Under the pieces are notes generated by a model. It made no database searches. It was not told where the DNA came from and saw only the letters and a program-made list of their open reading frames with translations. From positions 4,499 through 68,498 of the forward strand of contig JAJRUN010000052.1 in assembly GCA_024277755.1 (NCBI GenBank): a stretch of 64,000 nt of DNA, given 5' to 3'. Positions 43,302 to 53,397 of this stretch are shown here, one piece after another. Both the position numbers and the translations under genes were made by a program. Within the stretch, counting starts at the first letter, position 1, and each line of letters opens with the position of its first letter. This DNA comes from Gammaproteobacteria bacterium. Lineage in GTDB: Bacteria; Pseudomonadota; Gammaproteobacteria; Tenderiales; Tenderiaceae.

Positions 43302-43844
43302 TCATTCCCACTCTTTAACTAGAAACTTGGGCTGGTTTTTTTCTTGTGACTCTGAAATTTTCAGTTCAATGTATTTCGGATCAAATGTTTTTACAAAGAT
43401 ATAACTCGCTCCACGGCGATAGTCCCGACCATTGGGGCCTGTACCGGTAAAAATCACCACCACTTCATGCTCACCCTTTTTAAGGTTCTCAACATGAAGT
43501 TTCTGTACACCTCCTTTACTCAAGGCTTTGACCTCCCTGTCTGTATAGAGATAATTGCTCACAACTTTGCCATCGAGCGTCAATTTAATTGAATCCAGTT
43601 TGAAATAAGTATCACCTTCCATCGAAAGAAAAAAGAAGGTTTGCGTATTAACAGGAAACAGCAGCTCTTCTTCAAGGATAAACAGTTCTCGATTGATGGA
43701 AATAACGTCCTTTTTCAGGGCTTCAACTTGTTCATCAAGACTTTGAAATTCTTGTGTATCGGCAGCGGCGCCTATCACTGGCAACACAAGCATGCTCATC
43801 AAGCCAATTCCCAACCACCTCTTTTTATAAAACCAACTCATCAC
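43302..43844 (-). CDS. small secreted protein of unknown function (180 aa)
   Basis: Signal peptide MMSWFYKKRWLGIGLMSMLVLPVIGAAA; no recognisable family. Operonic with flanking genes (gaps 7-10 nt). Confidence 0.45.
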   Translation of the reverse strand: MMSWFYKKRWLGIGLMSMLVLPVIGAAADTQEFQSLDEQVEALKKDVISINRELFILEEELLFPVNTQTFFFLSMEGDTYFKLDSIKLTLDGKVVSNYLYTDREVKALSKGGVQKLHVENLKKGEHEVVVIFTGTGPNGRDYRRGASYIFVKTFDPKYIELKISESQEKNQPKFLVKEWE

Positions 43845-43853
43845 CAGAACTTC

Positions 43854-45440
43854 CTAAATCGTGCCATTAACTATCGGGGCAAAGGCGGTCAAACTATCCA
43901 GCATAGTGCTATTACCCAATCCATGGTTTGAAAATTGTGTTGCAAAACTACCCTGTTCACCATGCAGAGCCATGTAATTCAACGCGATGGTTTCAACAAG
44001 CAGATTGACATTATTGGCCGCCGGGCTTGAGGCCGTTTCTACCGAGGCGTCTGAACGAAAATAACCGATTTGCTGATGCCGCGCCTGCTGATCAGCATTG
44101 GCTCCGAGCAAGGAGGGTCGGCCACCTGGATTATAAACCAGAAAAAACGATGCGGCGGTGGATGAGTTATCCCCGGTCCAGACACCTTTTCCCCGCCCTT
44201 CAACTGAGTCATCAATCGTACCATTGCTCGCCACAGAACCATCACTGAAAACGTAAATCATCAATGGCATGCCAAGCCGTGCGGCATATTCAAGGCAGGC
44301 ACCAATACAACGACCGGCACGAAGATCACGTATTTCACCAACTGAGCGATTACCGGTATGGTAATCATAACCGCCCATGGTAATAGTGCCCGCACCTGCA
44401 AAACCGTTAACTACCAGTTTCATTACTGCAGCAGTTTTACGAAACTCGGCATCGCTATCCAGTTCAGCCTGCGAAAATATAGCACCAATAATATTGGGAT
44501 CAATATTCGGATTGAGTGCCGCCGGATCACCATAGCGATCCACCAGATCAGCCGCTTTAACGTAACCACAGTTGATCATATCTTTCAGCACAGCATCAGC
44601 AGTTATCTTGCTATCGACTCGCCCCAGTTTTTTAGCACTGATACGCTGAATTGATTCCAGCACCGCCACAGCATCATCCTGACTCAGCAAGCCAACCAGT
44701 TTTCCGGTATCAACCAGCCCCGTCACATCGCTGGGACGATCTATTTTGGTCGGCCGCACCGCACTGTTAATCATTGCCGCAGGTGCAACTGAGTTACCGC
44801 CAGAGTCAGAGCTGCGCGAACCAATCAGTGTCAACAATTCACCATCGGCTCCAGCCCTGTTAATGGCGTACATGGGGTTATGCGGATTATTGCCCGTATC
44901 ATTATCAGAGCGTGCCGGGATCACTGCACCATTAACACCGGCATGGGTCGACACTGACGTTCTCTCCAAAATTCCGCGCAAGAAAGCGCTGTCAGAGTGA
45001 AACGCCAAACCAAGATCGGTATTAATAAAATCGCGTGTACCGCTGTCTGCATTGGCGATGAATGGCGCCATGTCACCCGGCAGACCAAGCTTGTTGTAAC
45101 CCGCCGTAGAAAGAAAATCGAGCTGCCCTCCTTGTTGTCCCACCAGCACATTTGAACCACTGATGTTTGCGCCACCCGCCAGATCAAAACAGATAAACGG
45201 GATTTTTCCTGCCCCCTGAGCAGCAATGCCGCAACTCCCCTTCAAGGTCTCAAGATCAGCCGACAAGGCCGCCTGGGCTGTGCGTGGATTAGCAAACAAG
45301 CTGAAAATTGTCGGCCCCATGGCAAGCCCCAGCCCCGCGGTCAAACCTTGGGCAAGAAAGTCACGTCGTGTAACCGGCCGTTTGTGATTAGCGTGCAACA
45401 GTGGTGCATCAGGTGAAAGTAATCTGGATTTTCTCGACAT
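43854..45440 (-). CDS. TAT-exported DUF1501-like protein (sulfatase/alkaline-phosphatase-superfamily-like partner of PSCyt/PSD proteins)
   Basis: 528 aa; twin-arginine signal VTRRDFLAQGLTAGLGLAMG...AQA. Size and position immediately downstream of a multi-CXXCH PSCyt-like protein are typical of DUF1501. Confidence 0.55.
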   Translation of the reverse strand: MSRKSRLLSPDAPLLHANHKRPVTRRDFLAQGLTAGLGLAMGPTIFSLFANPRTAQAALSADLETLKGSCGIAAQGAGKIPFICFDLAGGANISGSNVLVGQQGGQLDFLSTAGYNKLGLPGDMAPFIANADSGTRDFINTDLGLAFHSDSAFLRGILERTSVSTHAGVNGAVIPARSDNDTGNNPHNPMYAINRAGADGELLTLIGSRSSDSGGNSVAPAAMINSAVRPTKIDRPSDVTGLVDTGKLVGLLSQDDAVAVLESIQRISAKKLGRVDSKITADAVLKDMINCGYVKAADLVDRYGDPAALNPNIDPNIIGAIFSQAELDSDAEFRKTAAVMKLVVNGFAGAGTITMGGYDYHTGNRSVGEIRDLRAGRCIGACLEYAARLGMPLMIYVFSDGSVASNGTIDDSVEGRGKGVWTGDNSSTAASFFLVYNPGGRPSLLGANADQQARHQQIGYFRSDASVETASSPAANNVNLLVETIALNYMALHGEQGSFATQFSNHGLGNSTMLDSLTAFAPIVNGTI

Positions 45441-45454
45441 TATCTTCTCACCCT

Positions 45455-47959
45455 CTACTGAATCAACATCACAGCACTACCCAGCATGGCAGCACAGCTT
45501 GCTTTAACCACCACCTCAGTACGACCCTCAGCACAATTACCACCACAGGCAGTCAGTTTTGTGATTAAAGCATCGAGTTCAGATGTCATATCCGCAACCA
45601 GTGGCTGGCTGTTCAAACCGTTACCGGCAATATTATTCAACAACGGCATAATCACCTTACTTCTGCCGCTGGTATCGAAGGCTACATTGACCCCGGCACT
45701 GAAATCAAAACCTGGAAAATAACTGGCACGCAGACCAGCATCATTAACCAGGGCATTACAGTATTCTATCGCCAGTTGCGAAATCGCTACCTGATGCGCA
45801 GAAAGAAATCCATCAATCGATTCAACCGTCGGCAACTGCTGTTTAACGGTTTCGTAGGTGGTCTGAACATCCGTCTGTGTCGTCGCAATGCCGGTCACAG
45901 CAGACATAGTGGCATTAATCTCAGAAAAGATGCGCAGACCAATATCAGCTTTAGCCTCACTGCTTGCTGATGGCGCCGGCTGTAACGGTTGCGACTCGAC
46001 ATAGACATTGCTTTTGCCAGCCAGCGTCTCAAAACTAAGAAAAAACTCATCCGCCGCAATTCCCTTTTCCAGCGGAATGATCGTCCCCAGCTCAGACAGC
46101 AGCTGTGCCTTGGCATTGAACTGGTCACTTTGAACAAACGAACCATTGCTAATGGTCGTATTCAAATTGGCATAGGCCTGACCAACCGCCGACTCTTTAC
46201 CGTTAATGCCAATACGCAAGCCAGCAATATTAAAACTGCCGGGTTCTACCCCAGTATCCAGACTGATAAACATGGGCCGACTAAACAGATAACTGTAACT
46301 ATCAAACTGACTCACTTCAAACAGAACATAACTTTCAGACACATCAACAACATGACCAACACTGAACAACAGAAAAAACTTTTCGCCCACACCAGCCTTA
46401 AAGTTCTTTTGAATCTGCGCCAAACTGAGGGCACGATTATGCACCGCTACCAGCCGCAGCTTACCCTGCCATGGGTGATCATTCGTGACCTCATTGGCCA
46501 GAATAAAAGCAAAAGTTTCATCCCAGTCGTTCAGGTTTCCCGGCTGCTGATCATCCAGGTCATCGGTAAAGACACCATTAACAAAGATACTGCGACCATT
46601 AACCGGATCATAGGTAATCACCACATGCTGTTCAGTGGCCTGCAAGTCTTCATCAGCATCAGCACTGGACAGAGCCGGTTCACCATTGGCATCAGTGCTG
46701 CTGCTACGATTTAAAAAATCATAGTTATATAAAGTCTGACCCAAGGTAAAGTTTCTGTCATTTGTCCCAGCTGAATAACTGATAATACGTGCAGGGCCTT
46801 CCTGATTGACATTGGCTGGCACCATCCAGGCCTCTATCGAGTATTCACCCGAGGCCTTGATAAAATCACTGAGTTTTTTACTGTCGCTAGTGGTGCCCTG
46901 AGCCTTGCTATTGACAAAATCAACCCCCCAACCACCCACCCATTTGTAATCAACACCTTCAGTACCCGATAACTGCAAATGCAAGGAAGGCGAGATACCG
47001 CTAACATCATAGATGGTGTTACCACTCCCCTGCTTAAATTCATACAGGGCAATGACATTCGCTTCATGACGACTGCCACCACTGGCGATACTGCCATCAG
47101 CAAGGGTTAAAGCTTTACTCAATACCAATTGTGGATCAACCTGCGTCAGTGCAATACCATTGGTAAAGTCATTGACGGCCTGTTCAATCTCGCTGGCATT
47201 GGCCTGGCAGTCGTTCCAGCAATTATGAAATTCATTACGCAAACGAACCACCAACCTGGAATTGGCCGGTGTGTCCAGATCTAACTTATAGCTGGTTTTA
47301 AGTGCATCATAGGCTGCCTCAACATCACTGCTTGAAAAATAAGGAGCCTGCGGAATCTGCGCTGACTCGGCATGACAATCGGCACAGTATTGCGTTAGTA
47401 AAGGATAAACCGTGGTTGAAAATAAACTGCTATCCGCAGGAAAACTTTTACTGTCACCGGCATCTTTGATCTGTGGTGCCAGCAGCACAATCTGTTTGCC
47501 AAGGCTGTCGCCAGCCCCCCCCAACCAGTTTTCAATATAGGCCGTCATAATCACAGCGCAGGCATTGCTGCTTGTCTCCCAGCAATTATGCCCGCCGGCC
47601 ACCTTGCTCACCAATCTTGAATTTGCCGGCACATCTAAATCAACAACACTAATCGCATCGCTATAGGCCAGATTAATATCATCACTGCGAACAAAGGTCG
47701 GCGATTGACCATTGCCGCCATGACAGTTGCCACACTTGGCCAGCAGATTGTCCCAAAGATTGGTTTTGAAACTTTGCACATCAGTGGTTGCCGGCTCTGG
47801 GCCGCTATAATTTCTAAGGCTGGTGTTTTCCGTCGCAACACCGGGTTCCAGCGGCACGTTATCACAAGCCATCAATAACAAACCAAACCACACAAACAGC
47901 AATGAGCGTATCAATTTATTCATCTTAATCGCCCTTGCAGTAGTCTGCGGTTTCGGCAA
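45455..47959 (-). CDS. secreted multidomain lipoprotein: two tandem CXXCH (planctomycete-cytochrome-C-like) domains + LamG/ConA-like domain + C-terminal domain
   Basis: Likely start MNKLIRSLLFVWFGLLLMAC (lipobox). Two about 110-aa repeats, each with CXXCH (CGNCH, CADCH), PANSRLV and HNCW motifs, then a LamG-like segment (EAWMVPANVNQEGPARIISYSAG...FVNGV). The DUF1501 gene follows. Confidence 0.55.
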   Translation of the reverse strand: MPKPQTTARAIKMNKLIRSLLFVWFGLLLMACDNVPLEPGVATENTSLRNYSGPEPATTDVQSFKTNLWDNLLAKCGNCHGGNGQSPTFVRSDDINLAYSDAISVVDLDVPANSRLVSKVAGGHNCWETSSNACAVIMTAYIENWLGGAGDSLGKQIVLLAPQIKDAGDSKSFPADSSLFSTTVYPLLTQYCADCHAESAQIPQAPYFSSSDVEAAYDALKTSYKLDLDTPANSRLVVRLRNEFHNCWNDCQANASEIEQAVNDFTNGIALTQVDPQLVLSKALTLADGSIASGGSRHEANVIALYEFKQGSGNTIYDVSGISPSLHLQLSGTEGVDYKWVGGWGVDFVNSKAQGTTSDSKKLSDFIKASGEYSIEAWMVPANVNQEGPARIISYSAGTNDRNFTLGQTLYNYDFLNRSSSTDANGEPALSSADADEDLQATEQHVVITYDPVNGRSIFVNGVFTDDLDDQQPGNLNDWDETFAFILANEVTNDHPWQGKLRLVAVHNRALSLAQIQKNFKAGVGEKFFLLFSVGHVVDVSESYVLFEVSQFDSYSYLFSRPMFISLDTGVEPGSFNIAGLRIGINGKESAVGQAYANLNTTISNGSFVQSDQFNAKAQLLSELGTIIPLEKGIAADEFFLSFETLAGKSNVYVESQPLQPAPSASSEAKADIGLRIFSEINATMSAVTGIATTQTDVQTTYETVKQQLPTVESIDGFLSAHQVAISQLAIEYCNALVNDAGLRASYFPGFDFSAGVNVAFDTSGRSKVIMPLLNNIAGNGLNSQPLVADMTSELDALITKLTACGGNCAEGRTEVVVKASCAAMLGSAVMLIQ

Positions 47960-49130
47960 ACACCTGTTTCAGATTGTAGTTACTGGCTTTAAACGAGCTA
48001 ACCGTGGCCTCGAACTGGGGCAAATCCGTATTAACAGGTTCACGCAGACAGACTGCCTTGAACACCTTTTTTACCTGACAACTGGCAAAGGCCTCAGAGT
48101 TAGCCAATTCAACGCCCATTGACTTGGCACCGCTGCCACTGGCCGCCAGACCTTGAGACTGAGTATCCCAACCCAATACAGCATTCGGACCATTACGCCA
48201 GTAGTTATCCCAACGATCATCAGGCGTGACGTAACCATATTTAAAGTTGTTAGCATTGATATGGTATTTTTTCTTTACTCGCGTCCCCGTATCAGGATCA
48301 ATCACACCAACATCGTTGTAGCTTAAGCGACCATTCTCAGCATCAGGATCCGCTTCACTGTCATATTCAAAGTTGTAATAGGCATAGGCCTGGGTCAATG
48401 GGTCCATACCGGCATGGCAACCAAGACAGGCATTGATAAAGAGACGGCTGTCACCCCCAGGACTGCGGGAAACATCCTGACGAACCCGGTCTGCCGCACG
48501 GGTAGCATCCTTGATCTGTTCAAGGTCGGTGCAAAGATGATTGAGAATAGTAAAGCGAAACATGGCACGGTTAGTGCCATCGATAAAAAAGGCCTTAGCC
48601 GCCGCACGTGTGGAAATCACCCCAGCAGTGGCATTCGCTGTTAAACCTGTTACCGATGATTGAGCCTTCTGCACCAAACCATTCGCTAGATTGACACCGT
48701 TTTTTTCCATGGCTTCATAGTGATCATTATTGGTATTTGAATATGCAGGCAGAGCCAGACTGTTATCACCAACATAAATCAAGTCGGCAGACAGTATCTG
48801 GCGAAAATCGATATCATCGCGCACCATACCGATGACTGTGGCACTGTAATCATTCAAAGGGGCAAATACAGTCTGCGCTTCATTGGTCCAGGGGGTAACA
48901 AGGTTTTTCAAGGTCACACTATAAAAGGCAGGGTGCTGCATGGCCTTATAGGCAGCCGAAATTGCATCACCTGCGTTAATATCTGCCGCCATACTTACTA
49001 GCGTTTCCTCATCAGCAGGCACCCCGGCAACTCGATCATGAATCCGTTTTGCCTGGTCACGGCTATCCGCCAGTGCGGACAAACTGATTGCAAAAGAAGC
49101 CATCAAAAAATATTTTAAATACGACGTCAT
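47925..49130 (-). CDS. secreted protein with single CXXCH motif (PSCyt-like)
   Basis: 401 aa, signal peptide; FINACLGCHAGMDPL heme-c-binding-type motif. First gene of the minus-strand operon. Confidence 0.5.
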   Translation of the reverse strand: MTSYLKYFLMASFAISLSALADSRDQAKRIHDRVAGVPADEETLVSMAADINAGDAISAAYKAMQHPAFYSVTLKNLVTPWTNEAQTVFAPLNDYSATVIGMVRDDIDFRQILSADLIYVGDNSLALPAYSNTNNDHYEAMEKNGVNLANGLVQKAQSSVTGLTANATAGVISTRAAAKAFFIDGTNRAMFRFTILNHLCTDLEQIKDATRAADRVRQDVSRSPGGDSRLFINACLGCHAGMDPLTQAYAYYNFEYDSEADPDAENGRLSYNDVGVIDPDTGTRVKKKYHINANNFKYGYVTPDDRWDNYWRNGPNAVLGWDTQSQGLAASGSGAKSMGVELANSEAFASCQVKKVFKAVCLREPVNTDLPQFEATVSSFKASNYNLKQVFAETADYCKGD

Positions 49131-49369
49131 TTATTTGTAACAACTAAGTTTAAAAAGATATTTACATCCATCATTCCTGCGTATTCTATACCAAAGACTC
49201 GCCCTAATGTGTTACACAAATCACATAAAAAACATCGACCATAAACCGTTCATTATTCGTCGCCAATTAGCGACAAATAAATTAAATGTGAAACTGTTCA
49301 AACATTACTGACGCCATAACTTATAATATTCATCTTTACGGGCAATGCAGTATTGATGCAGGACTAACA

Positions 49370-52033
49370 ATGAGTTTCAGAATTTACCGAAACGAAAAAA
49401 ATATAGCAGTGATTTTTACACTTTGCTTAAGCAGCCTGCTGTACGGCTGTCTTGACCAGGCACAACAGCAGGATGATCCCATTGCTGTACTGCTTGATTA
49501 CCCTATTGCCTACGTCAAACGTCCCCTGCTATTGAACAGCCAAGGTGAACCAGCACAAATTGACCTGCTCGACCTGCAAGACTTCAACCCCGGTGCCGAC
49601 CTCTTTCTGCGTGATCGTGCCTCACCCAGCGCACCGGAACAAAATATTACCTTTCGTTTTACTAATGGCCAAGGCGATGTAAAAGACCTCGAAAGCAGCG
49701 CCGATGGCAGCAAACTTATATTTTCAATGCGTGCAGCTGAGATCGAAAATGCCGATGAGGACGAACAACCCAGCTGGAATATTTGGCAATACGAAATTGC
49801 AACAGACACACTGACACGCATCATTGGTTCTGACATCACTGCCGAGGCTGGCGACGATATTTCGCCCGCTTATCTGCCTGATGGAAAAATTGTTTTTTCA
49901 TCCACACGCCAACGCAATGCAGGCGCTATTCTGCTTGATGAAGGCAAGCCACGCTTCACTGCCGAAACAGAGAGTCGTAATGGCCCCGCCTTTGTATTGC
50001 ACGTTATGGATGAAGATGGAGCCAACATAAAACAAATTTCATTTAACCAGAGCCATGACATTGACCCAACCGTGTCGCCAAACGGCGACATCATATTCAG
50101 CCGTTGGGACAACATGGGCAGCCGTAACAATATCAACCTTTATAAAATCAATGCCGACGGTACCGGACTGGAAATTTTGTATGGGGCACACAGCCATAAC
50201 AACGGCAGTGGTAATTCAAGCGTTCAATTGACACAAGCGCGTGAAATGACAGATGGCAAGATTGCCGTTCGCCTGACCCCCTTCCGTGGCACAAATGGCA
50301 GCGGCAACTTTGTTGCCATTGATATCGACAACTATCTCGATGCTGAGTTTACAAAACACAGCAACACCGCCAACACCGCAGGCTCAGGACAAACAAACCT
50401 GACAGGGCTAAATCTTTTTAGCGACAACAGCATCAGTCGCGATGGCTATGTCAGCGCCTTTTACCCGCTTTGGGATAACAGCAATCGCGCCCTGATTAGC
50501 TGGAGCCCTTGTCGTCTTATTGAGACAAATACCAATCAAACAGAAATAATTGTCCCCTGCACCAGCGAACGGCTGGCTGCTGCCGAGCCAGTCGCCGCCG
50601 CCCCCTTGTATGGCATCTACATCTACGATATGAACAACAACACCCAGCTACCCATTGTTACACCAGAGGAAGGCATCATCATTCATGACGTAGTGGCCAC
50701 CGATGAACGGCTGAGTTATACCCTGCTCAGCACCACCCTGCTTAACAGTGGCTTTGCCGATGAAGGTGTGGGCGTGCTTGATATTCGCAGTGTCTATGAT
50801 ATTGATGGTTTTGACACCACCACCAACAGCATCACCAGTATGGCTGATCCGGCACAAACAATGGCAGCACAACGCCCGGCCCGGTTTCTGCGCATCATCA
50901 AGGCCGTGCCCTTACCTGACCGTGACAGTCTCGACTTTGACAACAGCGCCTTTGGCCGCAGCAATCAATTGATGCGCGAAATCATTGGCTATGCGCCGGT
51001 TGAACCCGATGGTTCGGTCAAAGTAAAAGTTCCGGCCAATATGCCACTAGCCATCAGCATTGTAGATGCGAATGGTCGCCGCATCAGCGCCCGACATCAA
51101 AACTGGTTGCAGCTGCGTGCCGGTGAAAACAAACAATGCAATGGCTGCCATGACCACAACAGCGGTATTCCTCACGGCAATAGCGAAGGCCCCAACAGTG
51201 TGTATGGCGGTGCAGCACAAACCGGCAGCGCCTTTAAAAATACAGATAATTCTATAAGAGCTGAAGCCAACGAAACCATGGCCCAAACACTGGCACGCAT
51301 CAGCTGTGCGTCTGACTGTGCCTACCTGACACCAAGCGTCAATCCCCGCTTTATCGACAACTGGACTGACAGCAATATCCAGGCCAAGGATGAACCATTT
51401 TCATACCTCTATTCAGATATGACCACCACAGCGCCAACCACGGCAGCCTGCCAAACCAGCTGGACCCCCCTATGCCGTATCATCATCAATTACGAAACTC
51501 ACATCCACCCGCTTTGGTCCGCACCGCGCAGCATTTTAAATACGAACACTCTGCTCGATGAAGACCGCAGATGCAGCAGCTGCCACACCAACCAGGATCT
51601 TGCAGGCAATCCAATGCTGCCTGATGCCCAGCTTGATTTAAGTGATGGCCCATCAACTGACGAACCCGATCACTTCAAGTCTTACCGCGAATTATTGTTT
51701 GCAGACAACCTGCAAGAGTTGGTCAACAACAGCCTGCAAGACGTTATAATTCAAGACACTGACAATCAAGGCAATCTATTATTTGAAACTGACACAGAAG
51801 GAAACCTGATCCTGGGGCCGGATAACAACCCTGTACCGGTGATGGTAGCGGTGCCTGCAAACGGCCCCGCCATGTCAGCCAATGGCGCCAACAGCAGTTA
51901 TTTTTTCGATCGCTTTGATGCTGGCGGCAGTCACGCTGGCTGGCTCAGCAATGCCGAGCTACGCCTGCTATCGGAATGGCTGGATATCGGCGGCCAGTAT
52001 TACAATAACCCGTTTGACATTCCGCAGCCCTGA
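49370..52033 (+). CDS. lipoprotein with PD40/TolB-like beta-propeller repeats and two C-terminal CXXCH motifs (887 aa)
   Basis: Signal plus lipobox LLYGC; repeated (L/S)P(D/N)G(K/D)I(V/I)F(S)S(T)R-type PD40 motifs; CNGCH and CSSCH in the C-terminal third. Confidence 0.55.
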   Translation: MSFRIYRNEKNIAVIFTLCLSSLLYGCLDQAQQQDDPIAVLLDYPIAYVKRPLLLNSQGEPAQIDLLDLQDFNPGADLFLRDRASPSAPEQNITFRFTNGQGDVKDLESSADGSKLIFSMRAAEIENADEDEQPSWNIWQYEIATDTLTRIIGSDITAEAGDDISPAYLPDGKIVFSSTRQRNAGAILLDEGKPRFTAETESRNGPAFVLHVMDEDGANIKQISFNQSHDIDPTVSPNGDIIFSRWDNMGSRNNINLYKINADGTGLEILYGAHSHNNGSGNSSVQLTQAREMTDGKIAVRLTPFRGTNGSGNFVAIDIDNYLDAEFTKHSNTANTAGSGQTNLTGLNLFSDNSISRDGYVSAFYPLWDNSNRALISWSPCRLIETNTNQTEIIVPCTSERLAAAEPVAAAPLYGIYIYDMNNNTQLPIVTPEEGIIIHDVVATDERLSYTLLSTTLLNSGFADEGVGVLDIRSVYDIDGFDTTTNSITSMADPAQTMAAQRPARFLRIIKAVPLPDRDSLDFDNSAFGRSNQLMREIIGYAPVEPDGSVKVKVPANMPLAISIVDANGRRISARHQNWLQLRAGENKQCNGCHDHNSGIPHGNSEGPNSVYGGAAQTGSAFKNTDNSIRAEANETMAQTLARISCASDCAYLTPSVNPRFIDNWTDSNIQAKDEPFSYLYSDMTTTAPTTAACQTSWTPLCRIIINYETHIHPLWSAPRSILNTNTLLDEDRRCSSCHTNQDLAGNPMLPDAQLDLSDGPSTDEPDHFKSYRELLFADNLQELVNNSLQDVIIQDTDNQGNLLFETDTEGNLILGPDNNPVPVMVAVPANGPAMSANGANSSYFFDRFDAGGSHAGWLSNAELRLLSEWLDIGGQYYNNPFDIPQP

Positions 52034-52035
52034 CC

Positions 52036-52766
52036 ATGCCATTCATCCTCATCATGCTGCTATCACTCTGCACTGGTTATGCCCAGGCAGAAGACCGCTA
52101 TCGCAAGGCTCAAATAACAGAACCCTATATTGAATTGCACACCGGCCCTGGCCGTGGCTACCCGGTGTTTCATGTGATCGACCGTGGCGAATGGATTGAA
52201 TCCAGCAACGCAGAACCGACTGGTTCAAGGTCGTTGCCAGCAACGGCATCACAGGCTGGACCCATCAAGATCAACTACTACAGACACTAAACCCGCAAGG
52301 CCAACAGACCCGCTTTGAACAAATCGACCAGAATCAATTCAGCAAACGCAAAACGGAAGCCGGTGTACTCGGCGGTGATATGGATGGCGCTCAAACCATA
52401 ACGCTTTACGCTGCTTACCGGTTCACCCAAAACCTGTCCAGCGAGTTTTCATTTATGCAAGCAGTGGGCAACTACTCCAACAACCTGATCACCAATATCA
52501 ACCTGCTCAACCAGCCCTTTCCAAACTGGCGAATATCGCCATATTTTGCCCTAGGCATGGGCAATATCAAGACCACACCAAGAGCAACCCTGGTACTGGC
52601 CAAAGACCGCAGCGATCTGCTGGCCCATTTCGGCATCGGTGCATACGGCTACATATCCAGCCGCTTTGCCCTGCGCGCCGAATATAATCGCTACGTGGTC
52701 TTTTCCAGCAATGATGACAATGAGGACATAAACGAATGGAAAATCGGACTGGTCACTTTTTTCTAG
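52036..52766 (+). CDS. SH3b-domain + outer-membrane beta-barrel protein, apparently split by a 1-nt frameshift near 52200
   Basis: ORF 52036-52290 gives signal peptide + SH3b start (YIELHTGPGRGYPVFHVIDRGEWIE). The SH3b end (TDWFKVVASNGITGWTHQDQL) continues in the -1 frame from about 52200 with no stop, into ORF 52380-52766, an OMP barrel ending in GLVTFF. Confidence 0.5.
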
Positions 52767-53383
52767 CCTCAGTGCTGCTCATCGTCAGCCTGATGCCCGG
52801 CACAGCCAGGGCCGAAACAGACACGCCTATTCAAGTGATCAATCCCAGTCTCGAACGGGAGCCTGTCAAACCTGCCCGTATCGACACGGAAAATTTCGAG
52901 CTAGGCGTCTATGTCGGCACACTCAGCATTGAGGACTTTGGCACCAGCACTGTCACCGGGGCGCGGCTGGCCTATCATTTCAGTGAAGACTTTTTTGCCG
53001 AAGCCGTTTATGGTCAGGCCACTGCCGGCGACACCAGCTTCGAACGTCTTAGCGGCTCGGTACAACTGCTCACCGATGCAGAACGCGATCTAAGCTATTA
53101 CAATATCTCCTTTGGTTTTAATATCCTGCCCGGCGAAGCCTTTGTGGGCAGTGGCCGCGCCTTTTACACCGCACTCTATCTGGTAGCAGGCACCGGCAGC
53201 ACCAAATTCGGTGGTGATAAGCGTCACACCCTAAACATGGGGTTTGGCTATCGTTTCATTTTTAATGACTGGCTTGCCGGACACCTGGATGCCCGTGACC
53301 ATATCTTCGACATCGACCTGCTGGGCAGCAACAAGACCAGCCACAACCTTGAAGTCAGCACCGGTCTGACACTGTTTTTCTAA
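52736..53383 (+). CDS. outer-membrane beta-barrel protein (OmpA-N/OmpW-like small barrel)
   Basis: 215 aa; signal peptide ...MPGTARA; alternating amphipathic beta-strands; C-terminal GLTLFF. Confidence 0.55.
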   Translation: MENRTGHFFLASVLLIVSLMPGTARAETDTPIQVINPSLEREPVKPARIDTENFELGVYVGTLSIEDFGTSTVTGARLAYHFSEDFFAEAVYGQATAGDTSFERLSGSVQLLTDAERDLSYYNISFGFNILPGEAFVGSGRAFYTALYLVAGTGSTKFGGDKRHTLNMGFGYRFIFNDWLAGHLDARDHIFDIDLLGSNKTSHNLEVSTGLTLFF

Positions 53384-53397
53384 TCCTGGAGTTAGAC

